The notes: generated from the sequence alone by a model not told the origin. DNA of 64,000 nucleotides from an uncultured Methylomirabilota bacterium (GCA_963845565.1 CAWJSJ010000005.1:448001-512000), one strand, 5' to 3'; numbered from the stretch's first letter, positions 50,148-59,870 are shown. Program-made: numbers and translations.

Positions 50148-51536
50148 ATGGAACTGGACGGCACGATGAAGCAGGCAGTGGTCGGCTGGGACCTGAGCCG
50201 AGTCGTCTTCCGGGATCTGGAGCGGGATTACCCGGTCGTGGAGCGCGGGGAGGGAATCTACCTCTACGACACCAAGGGGCGGAAGTACATCGACGGCTCG
50301 GGCGGATCGTCCGTGGTGACCTCCATCGGCCACGGGAACAAGCGGGTGGCCGCGGTCATGGCCAAGCAGGCGGAGACGATCGCCTTCAGCCCCGCCCACT
50401 GCTTTGCCAACAAGCCGCATGTCGAGCTCTGCCAGCGTATCGCCGAGATTGCTCCACCGGAGATGAAACAGACCTTCCTCCTCTCGGGCGGCTCCGAGGC
50501 CACCGAGAACGCCGTGAAGTTTGCCCGGCAGTACGAATTCGTGCGGAACAACCGGGGGAAATGCACGGTCGTCGGCCGCTGGCAGGGGTTCCACGGCAAC
50601 ACCTTCGGGGCCATGACGGTGAGCGGGATCACCTATCGCCGCAACATCTACGGGCCGATGCTGGGCCACTCGGTGAAGATCCCGCCCTGCTACTGTTACC
50701 GGTGCGACTGGGGGCTGACGTACGGGAAGTGCAACCTGGAATGCGCCCGCGCCCTGCGGAAAGCCATCCGCCAGGAAGGCCCCGAGAACGTCCTGGCCTT
50801 CATCGCCGAGCCGGTCGTCGGCGCGGCACTGGGCGCCGTCCCGGCGGTGCCGGAGTACTTCCCGCTGGTCCGGCAGATCTGCGACGAGCAGGACGTGCTC
50901 TTCATCGCCGACGAGGTGATGACCGGCTTCGGCCGGACCGGCGCCAAGTTCGGCGTGGATCACTGGAAGGTGATCCCGGATATCATCGCGACGGCCAAGG
51001 GGATCTCGGGTGGGTACACCCCACTGGCGGCGGTGATCCTGCGGGACAAGATCATGGACCTGCTCCGGGAGAAGCACGCCAGCTTCCGGGGCGGCCACAC
51101 CTACTGCGCCAATCCGCTCTCGGCGCGCGTCGGCATGGAGGTCCTGGACATCATCAAGGAGCAGGATCTGATCGAGAATGTTCGCCGGATGGGGTTACGG
51201 CTCCTCGCGGGATTACAGCGGCTCCTGGCCCATCCGACGGTCGGAGACGTGCGGGGCAAGGGGCTGATGGCGGGGGTGGAGTTCGTCCGGAACAAGCAGA
51301 CGAAGGAGCCCTTCCCGGCGGAGTACCTGTTCGGGAAGCGCCTCTTCGAAGAGGCGTTCGCCCGGGGCCTGGTGGTGTTCCCCGCCAGCGGCACGGTGGA
51401 TGGCGTGGCCGGGAATCACATCCTGCTGGCGCCGCCGTTCATCATCACGGAAAGCCAGGTGGACGACCTCGTTGCCATTTTGGACGAGGCCATCGGCGCG
51501 GTGGAGAAGGCTCTCCCCGCCGAGTTGCGGGGGTAG
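50148..51536 (+). CDS. Class III PLP aminotransferase 1
   Basis: GGSEA, FHGNT, ADEVMTGFGRTG and AKGISGGY motifs. Confidence 0.95.
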   Translation: MELDGTMKQAVVGWDLSRVVFRDLERDYPVVERGEGIYLYDTKGRKYIDGSGGSSVVTSIGHGNKRVAAVMAKQAETIAFSPAHCFANKPHVELCQRIAEIAPPEMKQTFLLSGGSEATENAVKFARQYEFVRNNRGKCTVVGRWQGFHGNTFGAMTVSGITYRRNIYGPMLGHSVKIPPCYCYRCDWGLTYGKCNLECARALRKAIRQEGPENVLAFIAEPVVGAALGAVPAVPEYFPLVRQICDEQDVLFIADEVMTGFGRTGAKFGVDHWKVIPDIIATAKGISGGYTPLAAVILRDKIMDLLREKHASFRGGHTYCANPLSARVGMEVLDIIKEQDLIENVRRMGLRLLAGLQRLLAHPTVGDVRGKGLMAGVEFVRNKQTKEPFPAEYLFGKRLFEEAFARGLVVFPASGTVDGVAGNHILLAPPFIITESQVDDLVAILDEAIGAVEKALPAELRG

Positions 51537-51547
51537 GAGACGAAGAG

Positions 51548-51631
51548 CGTTCGGCTGTTCGACAGTTCGGCGGTTCGGCCGCACCAGAACTATCGAACCG
51601 TCGAACCGTCGAACCGTCGAACAGCCGAACG
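51548..51631. repeat. Hairpin built from tandem 8-mers (GAACCGTC)
   Basis: Left arm GTTCGGCT GTTCGACA GTTCGGCG GTTCGG; right arm GAACTATC (GAACCGTC)x3 GAACAGCC GAAC. Confidence 0.88.
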
Positions 51632-51651
51632 TCGTTAGGAGGGTCACGGAC

Positions 51652-52986
51652 ATGGGCGCACAAGTCTTACGGGATTTCAAGAAGGCATACCCGGTCATCG
51701 TCCGGGGCAAGGGCGCGTTCCTGTACGACCGGGCCGGGCGCGAGTATCTCGATGCCGTGGGGGGCATCTCAGTCGTCAACGTCGGCCACGGGGTCCCCGA
51801 GATCGTCGCGGCCATGCGGGAGCAGGCCGACAAGGTAGCCTTCGTCCATGGCGGCTCCTTCGCCAACGAAGCGGCGATGGCGCTCTGTGAAGAACTGGCC
51901 ACCTGGGCGCCGAATGGGATGGGGCACATCCTCTTGCTGTCCGGCGGCTCCGAGGCGACCGAGACCGCCATGAAGTTGGCACACCAGTACCACCTGGAGC
52001 GCGGCAAGGAGGGGAAGTATCGGATCATCTCCCGCTGGATCAGTTATCATGGAAACACCATCGGGGCGTTGTCCATGTCGGGCCGCACGGCCTGGCGGCG
52101 GGAGTTCACGCCGTATCTTCAGAACTTTCCGAAGATTCATCCGCCCTATTGCTACCGGTGTCCGTACGGGAAGAGCTATCCGGGCTGCGGCATCGCCTGC
52201 GCCGAGGACCTGGAGCGGGTGATCACCCTGGAAGGCGCCGAGGGGATCGCCGCCTTCATCGCCGAGCCGGTGATCGGCACCTCGGCGGCGGGTGTCACGC
52301 CGCCCCCCGAGTACTATCCGCGCATCCGCGAGATCTGCGACAAGCACGATATCCTCTTCATTGCCGACGAGGTGATCACGGGAGTGGGGCGGACCGGGAA
52401 GAACTTCGCCATCGAGCACTGGGGCGTGGTCCCGGACATGATCACGACGGCGAAGGCTCTGAGCAGCGGGTACGCACCGTTAGCCGCGGTGATCCTGCAC
52501 GACAAGGTGTATAATGCGATCGCGCAGGGGTCCGGCCACATGACGCAAGGGTTCACGTACTCCGGCCATCCGCTGTGCTCGGCGGTGGGGCTGGCGGTCC
52601 TCAAATACCTCAAGGCGCACAACCTGGTCGAGAACGCCGCCCGGATCGGCCGCCTCCTTCTCGGCCGTCTCGAGACGCTCAAGCGGTTTCCCATCGTGGG
52701 CGATGTGCGAGGGACCGGTTTGATCTTGGGGGTAGAGTTTGTCGCCGACCAGGCCACCAAGCGACCCTTCCCGCCGTCGGCGGGCGTGACGCGAAAGATC
52801 GTCGAAGCCGCCCTGGCGGCGGGCGTGATGGTGGTGCCGGGCATGGGTGGCATGATCGACGGAGTGGCGGGGGATCACATCCAGATCAGCCCGCCCTACA
52901 TCTTCAGCGAGGCCAACGTGGAGCAACTCGTGAAGGCGCTGGAGGCGGCGATCCAGAAGGTGATGCAAGAGGTTCCCGTTCGTTAG
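51652..52986 (+). CDS. Class III PLP aminotransferase 2
   Basis: GGSEA, YHGNT, ADEVITGVGRTG and AKALSSGY motifs. Confidence 0.95.
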   Translation: MGAQVLRDFKKAYPVIVRGKGAFLYDRAGREYLDAVGGISVVNVGHGVPEIVAAMREQADKVAFVHGGSFANEAAMALCEELATWAPNGMGHILLLSGGSEATETAMKLAHQYHLERGKEGKYRIISRWISYHGNTIGALSMSGRTAWRREFTPYLQNFPKIHPPYCYRCPYGKSYPGCGIACAEDLERVITLEGAEGIAAFIAEPVIGTSAAGVTPPPEYYPRIREICDKHDILFIADEVITGVGRTGKNFAIEHWGVVPDMITTAKALSSGYAPLAAVILHDKVYNAIAQGSGHMTQGFTYSGHPLCSAVGLAVLKYLKAHNLVENAARIGRLLLGRLETLKRFPIVGDVRGTGLILGVEFVADQATKRPFPPSAGVTRKIVEAALAAGVMVVPGMGGMIDGVAGDHIQISPPYIFSEANVEQLVKALEAAIQKVMQEVPVR

Positions 52987-53019
52987 GAGCCGTTACGAAA
53001 TTCTGTGACAACGGCTTAG
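52984..53019 (+). mobile_element. Family A element, internally deleted 36-bp copy 4
   Basis: TAG-GAGCCGTTACGAAAT-TCTGTGACAACGGCT-TAG; only the two outer ends remain. Confidence 0.8.
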
Positions 53020-53036
53020 CCAAGGAGGGAAAGGAC

Positions 53037-54392
53037 ATGACTGCTCAGGGTGACGCTCGCTTTGCCGGCGAGGACTACCTTCGCCACATTATGCTGGACT
53101 ACCGGCAGATGACGGAGTTCGTGAAGGAGCCGTTCCTGGTGGCGCGGGCCGACGGGATTCGCTTCTGGGATGTCTACGGCAAGGAGTACCTGGACGGCCT
53201 CGCCGGGATCTTCACCGTCAACGTCGGCTACAACAATCCCCGGGTGCTGCAGGCCGTGATCGATCAGCTCCGGACGCTCCCGTTCAACCCGCCCATGCAC
53301 GGGACGAACCCGCGCGCCGTCGAGCTGGCGAATCTGCTCGCGGAGATCACGCCCGGGGACCTCAACACCGCGCGGCTGGTCGACAGCGGCTCCGAGGCGA
53401 ACGAGGCCGCGTTCAAGCTGGTCCGCCAGTACCATCGCCAGACGGGGAACCCGGGGAAATTCAAGATCCTGTCGCGCTACCTCTCCTACCACGGCGCCAC
53501 CGCCGCCACGATGAGCGCCGGGGGGGTCGGCTACCGGAAGACGATGTACGAACCCGCGGCGATCGGGCATCTTCACACCTACCCCCCGTACTGTTATCGG
53601 TGCCCCTACGAGAAGACCTATCCGGCCTGCGACGTCTTTTGCGCCCGGACCCTTCGGCAGATGATCGAGTGGGAGGACCCGCGCTCGATCGCCGCCATCA
53701 TCGTCGAGCCGATCAGCAACACCGGCGGGATCATCACGCCGCCGCCGGAGTACCTGCCGACCCTCCGGCAGCTGTGCGATGAGTTCAACATCCTCCTCAT
53801 CTTTGACGAGGTCATCACGGGGTTTGGCCGGACCGGGAGCCTCTTCGCGGCGAATACCTTCGGCGTTACCCCGGACATCCTCTGCTGCGGGAAGGGGATG
53901 AGCAGCGGCTACGCCCCGCTTGCCGCCGCCATGGTCTCCGACAAGGTGGCGCAGACCTTCTGGGGGGCGCCCGGGACCGAGTTCGCCCACGGCCACACCT
54001 ACGCCGGGAATCCGGTAGCCGCCGCCGCCGGTCTGGCCAGCATCCGGGAGATCCTGGAGCGCCGCCTCCCCGACAACGCGCGGCGGGTGGGGGCGCACCT
54101 CGTCCAGCGGCTGGAGGGGCTGCGGGCGTTCGGGATCGTCGGCGAGATCCGGGGCAAGGGGTTGATGATCGGCATGGAACTGGTGAAGGATCCGGCGACC
54201 AAGCAACCGTTCCCGCCCGAGACGAAGATCGGCGTCCGCATCGGCAAGCAGGCCCTGCAAAACGGGCTCCTGCTGCGCTTCGACCCGCACTGGATCGCCT
54301 TCGGGCCGCCGCTGGTGGCCAGCGAGACCGATGTGGATCAGATGGTCGACATCCTCGAATTGAGCATGCGCGAGGTGCTGCGGGAGATCTGA
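53037..54392 (+). CDS. Class III PLP aminotransferase 3
   Basis: SGSEA, YHGAT, FDEVITGFGRTG and GKGMSSGY motifs. Confidence 0.95.
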   Translation: MTAQGDARFAGEDYLRHIMLDYRQMTEFVKEPFLVARADGIRFWDVYGKEYLDGLAGIFTVNVGYNNPRVLQAVIDQLRTLPFNPPMHGTNPRAVELANLLAEITPGDLNTARLVDSGSEANEAAFKLVRQYHRQTGNPGKFKILSRYLSYHGATAATMSAGGVGYRKTMYEPAAIGHLHTYPPYCYRCPYEKTYPACDVFCARTLRQMIEWEDPRSIAAIIVEPISNTGGIITPPPEYLPTLRQLCDEFNILLIFDEVITGFGRTGSLFAANTFGVTPDILCCGKGMSSGYAPLAAAMVSDKVAQTFWGAPGTEFAHGHTYAGNPVAAAAGLASIREILERRLPDNARRVGAHLVQRLEGLRAFGIVGEIRGKGLMIGMELVKDPATKQPFPPETKIGVRIGKQALQNGLLLRFDPHWIAFGPPLVASETDVDQMVDILELSMREVLREI

Positions 54393-54610
54393 CGTCAATC
54401 GTCGGAGGGACGAGCGGTGGAACCCTCAGAGGCGTGGCGATTGTCGATGTCACAGTCGTGGCGGTAGACTCCGTCCACGATGTTCTGCCAGTTGTCAGTT
54501 GAGCATACCCCGAAAAGGACTCCGGCGATTTCGGGACCATACTTCCCGATTAGCTCATGCCCCTATCCCGTGAGGCTCTATGTACGCGTTTCGCAGACTC
54601 GTGGACGTAC

Positions 54611-56785
54611 ATGAGAACCTTTGAGAATCGGGATTGGCTCATTGCACTTCTTCTGATCGTTTCCCTGGCATTTATCGGATACGGTTTCCTCCTGAAGCCG
54701 GGCAGCGTCCCGTATTCGCCGCACTCCGATATCGTCTCCTATCACCTCGCAGCCAAAGAGGTTCTCTTCCGCTCCGTCCAGTCCGGTCAGGGGTTACCTT
54801 TTTGGCGAGCGGATCAGCTGTCGGGCGGACCTGCGTTTACGAGTCCAAACGCGCTCTACACCCATCCACTGCACGGCCTCTTCTATCTATTTCCTCCGGC
54901 CGCGGTCATGGGTTGGACGATCTGGCTCCACCTCGTCGCGGGGGCGTGCGTCTTCTACTGGGTCGGCCAGTCCCTGGGTCTCAGCCGGTGGCCTCGGTTG
55001 TTGATGGCCGTCGCCGCCCTCTTCAATTTCAAGGTGCTCATGGCTGTGTACGCCGGCTGGCTGAGCTTTCTGCCGAGCCTCACATTCTTTCCGCTCCTAT
55101 TCGCCATGGTCTTCCGACTCGTGAAATGTCCCACACCGCGGAGCGCGCTCGCCTTGGCGGCAGTTGGCGGGCTGTGCCTGCACGGTGGGCATATCCAACT
55201 CGTGTATTACTCAGGGCTATTCCTCGTCGCCTACGCGCTTGTCGCGCTTGGACACTTGTGGCGTGCGGGGCGCTACCCAGAGATGCGGCGGACCGCCGGA
55301 TGGCTCACGGCGAGCGGTGTATTGGCAATCGGAATGGCCGCATACCTCTTGGTGCCCTTGGTGGCCGAGATGCCGCTCGTCTCCCGCGGTCTTGCCTCCA
55401 CAGAGTTCTTTTTTTCCTTTCATTCCCTGGGCTGGCGCGACCTGCAAACCTTCGTCTATCCCGAGGCACTCGGGAGCGTGCTGGATGGAAGCTATCCCAG
55501 AATCGAGTTCTGGGAGGATGTGGCCTATTTCGGGCTGCTCCCTCTTCTGCTAGCGGTTCTTGGGGGGATTCTCGGATGGCGACGTTCTCCGACGCGCTTT
55601 CTTGTGGTGAGTCTTGCGGTGTCGGTGCTCATCGCCCTGGATACACCGGTCGTGCGTTTTCTGTACGAGTTCTTCCCGGGGTTCCGGACGTTTCGCTTGC
55701 CCGGCCGAATGCTCTTCCTGACGGCCTGCTTTGGCATCGCGTTGGCCGGCATCGGGCTTGAGGAACTCCTCGCCAGGCTCCGGCGGGAGACGGGACGACC
55801 TTGGCGATCAGCGCTGCCTGCCGTGGCCCTGATTCTGGTGATCGCCGGCGAGGGAATGTTCTACGCGTATCGATACCTCGATACGATTCCCCAGGCGGAC
55901 GCGGCGCCTGCCACAGACTACGGCCGGTTCCTTGCCTCGGACCCCACCCTATTTCGCGTTGCACCCGTGGGTCCGTATGCGATGACCTATGGTTGGGCCG
56001 CGACACAGGGACTCCAATTGATCTCCGGTTATGAGCCTTTTAACCTTCGACACTACCAAAAGTACTTCCTGCTGATGCAACTGGGGGGTAGTCGCGTGTT
56101 AGGAGCGGCGACCTGGACCGATTTCCTTCGGGTAGAGAGGTGGGACCTCTTTGACACTCTCAATGTGAAGTATATCTTGGCCCGGAAACCCCAGGAGCTT
56201 CCGTCGGACCGCTTCGAGGTCGTGGCGCAGTATCAGAACCAGCCGTTGTTCGTCCTCAATTGGGGAATGCACCGAGACAGTGTGATCATCTACCGTAACA
56301 AGAGGCCCCAGCCCAGGATCTTCTGGGTCAAGCGGATAGTGGCCGCTGAGGGCGACGACGAGGCGATTGCTGCCATCCAGCGCCATGACCTCCGGGACGT
56401 CGCGGTTGTGCAGAAGGCCGAATGGACTGACGAGGAGATTCTCGACTCGCCAGACGACCGAGCAACGGTGATCCGGGCCTCCGATGGCACACTCGAAGTG
56501 GAGACCCAAAACCAAAGGGATCGCTATCTCGTGATCAGTGAGGTGTGGCACCCGGGATGGCGTGCCACCCTGGATGGGCGAACCCTTCCCCTGCACCGTG
56601 CCGATCTGGCCTTGATGGGGGCGTGGATTCCTGCGGGAAGGCATCGGCTCGTCCTCATGTTCCGACCACTGTACTGGCGTATCGCCCTCGGCATCAGCCT
56701 GTGTTGCGGAGCCGTCTTTCTGATCTGGGTCGCGATCCATCTCTTCCGATCCCGGAGGCCGGCGCCGGACGCCCAGCCGGGCTAG
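54611..56785 (+). CDS. YfhO-like multi-TM membrane protein (putative GT-C glycosyltransferase)
   Basis: PFW...SGGP, GGHIQ, FRLPGR, LNVKY and C-terminal LVISEVWHPGWRATLDG...GRH motifs; start may be 54557. Confidence 0.82.
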   Translation: MRTFENRDWLIALLLIVSLAFIGYGFLLKPGSVPYSPHSDIVSYHLAAKEVLFRSVQSGQGLPFWRADQLSGGPAFTSPNALYTHPLHGLFYLFPPAAVMGWTIWLHLVAGACVFYWVGQSLGLSRWPRLLMAVAALFNFKVLMAVYAGWLSFLPSLTFFPLLFAMVFRLVKCPTPRSALALAAVGGLCLHGGHIQLVYYSGLFLVAYALVALGHLWRAGRYPEMRRTAGWLTASGVLAIGMAAYLLVPLVAEMPLVSRGLASTEFFFSFHSLGWRDLQTFVYPEALGSVLDGSYPRIEFWEDVAYFGLLPLLLAVLGGILGWRRSPTRFLVVSLAVSVLIALDTPVVRFLYEFFPGFRTFRLPGRMLFLTACFGIALAGIGLEELLARLRRETGRPWRSALPAVALILVIAGEGMFYAYRYLDTIPQADAAPATDYGRFLASDPTLFRVAPVGPYAMTYGWAATQGLQLISGYEPFNLRHYQKYFLLMQLGGSRVLGAATWTDFLRVERWDLFDTLNVKYILARKPQELPSDRFEVVAQYQNQPLFVLNWGMHRDSVIIYRNKRPQPRIFWVKRIVAAEGDDEAIAAIQRHDLRDVAVVQKAEWTDEEILDSPDDRATVIRASDGTLEVETQNQRDRYLVISEVWHPGWRATLDGRTLPLHRADLALMGAWIPAGRHRLVLMFRPLYWRIALGISLCCGAVFLIWVAIHLFRSRRPAPDAQPG

Positions 56786-56913
56786 CGATTGCCCACCAGA
56801 AGTTCCTCTTCGGCTGAATTGCCCCCAGGCGTGAAACAGAGGCATTGACCGCACACCAGGCGGAATGTAGAGTGAGATCGCTGTGCACCCCGATGGGGAA
56901 GGCGAGATCGAGG

Positions 56914-58965
56914 ATGACCACGTCACGACTTCTCGGCTTTGTGATTGGCCTTCTGCTGGTCGCCCACTTGGCCCTCCTAGGCTTCTTCGAGATCACGTCT
57001 CTCGACACGTGGTTCCACCTGAAAGAAGGGGAGCTGTACGTTACGACCCACTCCCTCCCCGCTCAGGACCCCTTCGCCTTCACCACACAGGGCCGGGAGT
57101 GGATCAAGTACTCCTGGCTGGCAGATGTCATCTTCTACGTCATCTACGCGGCGGCAGGCTTTCCAGGCCTGATCCTCCTCCGTCTTGGCTTCTTGTTCTT
57201 GATCGCCTTCGTCCTCTATCGCCTTCTGCGGGGGTGCGGCCTCCACCCGCTCGCCGCGGTCCTGCTGGTTTTCGTGGCGAGCCTGGCGCTCCGATTCCGC
57301 CTGTTCATTCGACCGGAACTCCTGAGCTTTCTTTTGCTTCTGATGACCATGGCGATTCTATTACGCTTGCGAACCGGCCCGCGCTGGGCCGCGTATGCTT
57401 TCGTGCCCGTGCAGATCGCCTGGATCAACGTGCACGCCAGTTACGTCTTCGGGATGTTCCTCCCCGGCCTCGTCTTGTTGGCGAACCTGCTTCCGGGGAA
57501 TCGCGTAGCGCCGGGATGGGATCGCCTCCGCCTCGACCGGACGCGAATCCGCCACCTGGCCGCTGCGGTTGTCGGCCTGCCGTTCGCGGCCCTGCTCAAC
57601 CCCCAGGGCTTCTCCATGCTTCTCTTTCCACTGCGACAGAATCTCATGATCCGGTTGTCCGATTTCCCGGAGTGGAAGGGAGTGTGGAGCCTGCCCGAGA
57701 TGGATCCTGTCTGGTGGGAACCGGTCATCATTTTTGCGGTCGTCCTCCTCGCCTTCCTGGCCGTCGGAATCCTCCTCTGGGCCTGGGAGAATCGGTTTGA
57801 CCCGGTGGGTTGGGGCATCGTCCTCTCCATGGGGACCTACGCCATCATGCGGAACCGGGCCGTGCCCTACTTCGTCCTCGCCGTGCTTCCCCTGCTGGCC
57901 CTCGCCGTCGTCCGCGTCGTTCGCCATCTGCCCGACGAGGCCGCCGGCCGGCCGCCCCAGTGGCTCCAGCGGATTGGGGTCATTGCCTGCCTCCTCGTCC
58001 TGACCGCCTCCGTCGTCGATCAGGCCTTCTTCACCCGGCGGTTCCCCATGGGGTTCGGCGTGGCGCCCGCGTTCTTCCCCGAAGAGGCCGCGACTTTCTT
58101 GGAGCGCCATCATCTGGACGGCCGGGTCTTCAACTCCTACAAATTCGGCGCGTACTTGATGTGGCGACGGTGGCCGGCCAATCAGGTGTTCATCGACGGA
58201 CGATACGACGCCGTCCTGTTCGACGAGGCGCTGCTGGAGGAGTACTTCCGGGCGCACCGCGATCCTGCCGCCTTGGACCGCATCGCCGCGAAATACGGAG
58301 TAGAATTATTGGTGCTGGACGCCGATCCGGAGCGCCGCATCGCGTATCTCACGCGCCCCTCCTCCTGGGCGCGCGTGTACTGGGATCCCGTGGCCGAGGT
58401 GTTCGTCCGGCGAAACGAACGGCATTCGGCCTTCATCGCGGCGCACGAGTATGCCCTGACCCGCTCCGAAGAGGATTTGAGTTATCTTGCCGCCTACCGC
58501 GCCGATCCCGAGACCTGGAACCGCGTGCTGGCGGAGTTACGGAGGGCGGTCCAGGACAACCCACGGAACGAGTTGGCGTGGCAGGCGCTGGCGCAGGAAT
58601 ACGGCGCCGCGGGCGCCCCGGCTGCAGAACAGCGGCTGGACGCTCTGAATCACGTGATCGACGTGCTGGTCGGCCATCCGGCCACGGGGAGGCTGCACGC
58701 CGAGCGGGCGGAGGTACTGCTTCAACTCGGAAGGGGCGACGAGGCGAAGGAAGCGGCCCAGCGCGCCCTTCGCCTCGACGGAGACCTGCTTCTCCCCAGG
58801 TGGATCCTCGCCACCGTTGCCGAACAGCGCGGGGCCTGGGCGGAGGCTCAAGATCAACTCACGAGGCTTGTCCCACGTCTGGACCCGAGCGATCCGCAGT
58901 TACCCGTCGTTCGCGGGCGCCTGGAGGTTATCGAGAGACGTCTGCGAGAGAAGGCCGATCGATGA
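56914..58965 (+). CDS. Multi-TM membrane protein with C-terminal TPRs (putative GT-C fold)
   Basis: First loop DTWFHLKEG...DPF.FT..W...WL, plus RPELLS, WINVHA, FNSY.FGAYL and FIDGR; TPR-like C-terminus. Confidence 0.75.
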   Translation: MTTSRLLGFVIGLLLVAHLALLGFFEITSLDTWFHLKEGELYVTTHSLPAQDPFAFTTQGREWIKYSWLADVIFYVIYAAAGFPGLILLRLGFLFLIAFVLYRLLRGCGLHPLAAVLLVFVASLALRFRLFIRPELLSFLLLLMTMAILLRLRTGPRWAAYAFVPVQIAWINVHASYVFGMFLPGLVLLANLLPGNRVAPGWDRLRLDRTRIRHLAAAVVGLPFAALLNPQGFSMLLFPLRQNLMIRLSDFPEWKGVWSLPEMDPVWWEPVIIFAVVLLAFLAVGILLWAWENRFDPVGWGIVLSMGTYAIMRNRAVPYFVLAVLPLLALAVVRVVRHLPDEAAGRPPQWLQRIGVIACLLVLTASVVDQAFFTRRFPMGFGVAPAFFPEEAATFLERHHLDGRVFNSYKFGAYLMWRRWPANQVFIDGRYDAVLFDEALLEEYFRAHRDPAALDRIAAKYGVELLVLDADPERRIAYLTRPSSWARVYWDPVAEVFVRRNERHSAFIAAHEYALTRSEEDLSYLAAYRADPETWNRVLAELRRAVQDNPRNELAWQALAQEYGAAGAPAAEQRLDALNHVIDVLVGHPATGRLHAERAEVLLQLGRGDEAKEAAQRALRLDGDLLLPRWILATVAEQRGAWAEAQDQLTRLVPRLDPSDPQLPVVRGRLEVIERRLREKADR

Positions 58966-59031
58966 CCCGACCGATTGAGGTCGAGTCTTCAGACGGACGC
59001 CCAACCGGGTCGCGATGGGGCGGGTCGAGAA

Positions 59032-59793
59032 TCACCGAAGGAATCCCAGGTACCATGCCACGGCTCGCTCCCCCCAGAACAGGGCCACGGTCGCACCGAA
59101 GGCGAGAAACGGTCCGAAAGGAATGTGCTCGCGCCGCCGCAACCGCCGGAGGCCGATCAGGGCAAGTCCCATCACCGACCCGACGAGACAGCCGACCAGG
59201 ATCGTGACCACAACCCCTCGCCAGCCCAGAAAGGCGCCAACCAGGGCGATGAGATTCAGGTCTCCCTCGCCCATCGCCTCCTGCCCGTAGAGCGCGCTGC
59301 CGAAAAAGAGCACAAGGTAGAGAAAGCCGGCGCCGGCAAGAGTTCCAATGACCCGATCCAGGATGGGCGGGTCGCCCAGCACCACGCCTGCCAGGAGGCC
59401 CAGCGGGATCCCCGGCATGGTGATGACGTTCGGAATGATCTGGTGGTCCAGATCGATAAAGGCGATCACCACCAGGGCGGAGAGAAAAGCCAGCAGAGTG
59501 ATGGCGAGCGGAGTGACGCCATAGCGCGACACGGTCGCGGCAAACAGGATTGCGGTCAAGCACTCCACCAGGGGATACCGCCAGGCGATGGGGCTTCCGC
59601 AGGCACGACAGCGGCCCCGCAAGAGGAGGAAGCTGAGGATCGGAATGTTGTCCCACGGTCGGATAGGGGCTTGGCACGCAGGGCAGTGGGAACCGGGGAA
59701 AACGATGCTCTCTTCCCGGGGGAGCCGGTGGATACACACATTGAGGAAACTACCCACCAGGCTGCCAAAGAGAAAGGCGAAAATGGGTATCAT
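59032..59793 (-). CDS. pilD: Prepilin peptidase / N-methyltransferase
   Basis: GSFLNVCIHRLP, SHCPAC, RGRCRAC, RYPLVE, FIDLD, MGEGD and PFGPFL motifs. Confidence 0.95.
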   Translation of the reverse strand: MIPIFAFLFGSLVGSFLNVCIHRLPREESIVFPGSHCPACQAPIRPWDNIPILSFLLLRGRCRACGSPIAWRYPLVECLTAILFAATVSRYGVTPLAITLLAFLSALVVIAFIDLDHQIIPNVITMPGIPLGLLAGVVLGDPPILDRVIGTLAGAGFLYLVLFFGSALYGQEAMGEGDLNLIALVGAFLGWRGVVVTILVGCLVGSVMGLALIGLRRLRRREHIPFGPFLAFGATVALFWGERAVAWYLGFLR

Positions 59794-59870
59794 GAGAAAT
59801 CGTCCCCTGTCTCGAGTGTCCGCCCGGCGCCGGCTGCCGGCTGCTCGGCCGCCGAGGCAGGATCGGTCAT
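59790..59870 (-). CDS. 26-aa micro-ORF coupled by ATGA overlaps at both ends
   Basis: MTDPASAAEQPAAGAGRTLETGDDFS; its start overlaps the TMTC-like stop and its stop overlaps the pilD start. Confidence 0.4.
   Translation of the reverse strand: MTDPASAAEQPAAGAGRTLETGDDFS

Noticed and set aside
54393..54610. Lower-GC gap with a Thr/Ser-rich minus-strand frame, possibly a pilin remnant or island boundary
   Set aside because: There is no prepilin G/FxxxE motif, att site, tRNA or integrase.
58962..59207. ATG overlapping the stop of the 56914-58965 gene (MTRPIEVESS...)
   Set aside because: It runs antisense into pilD with no recognisable features and is at most a remnant.
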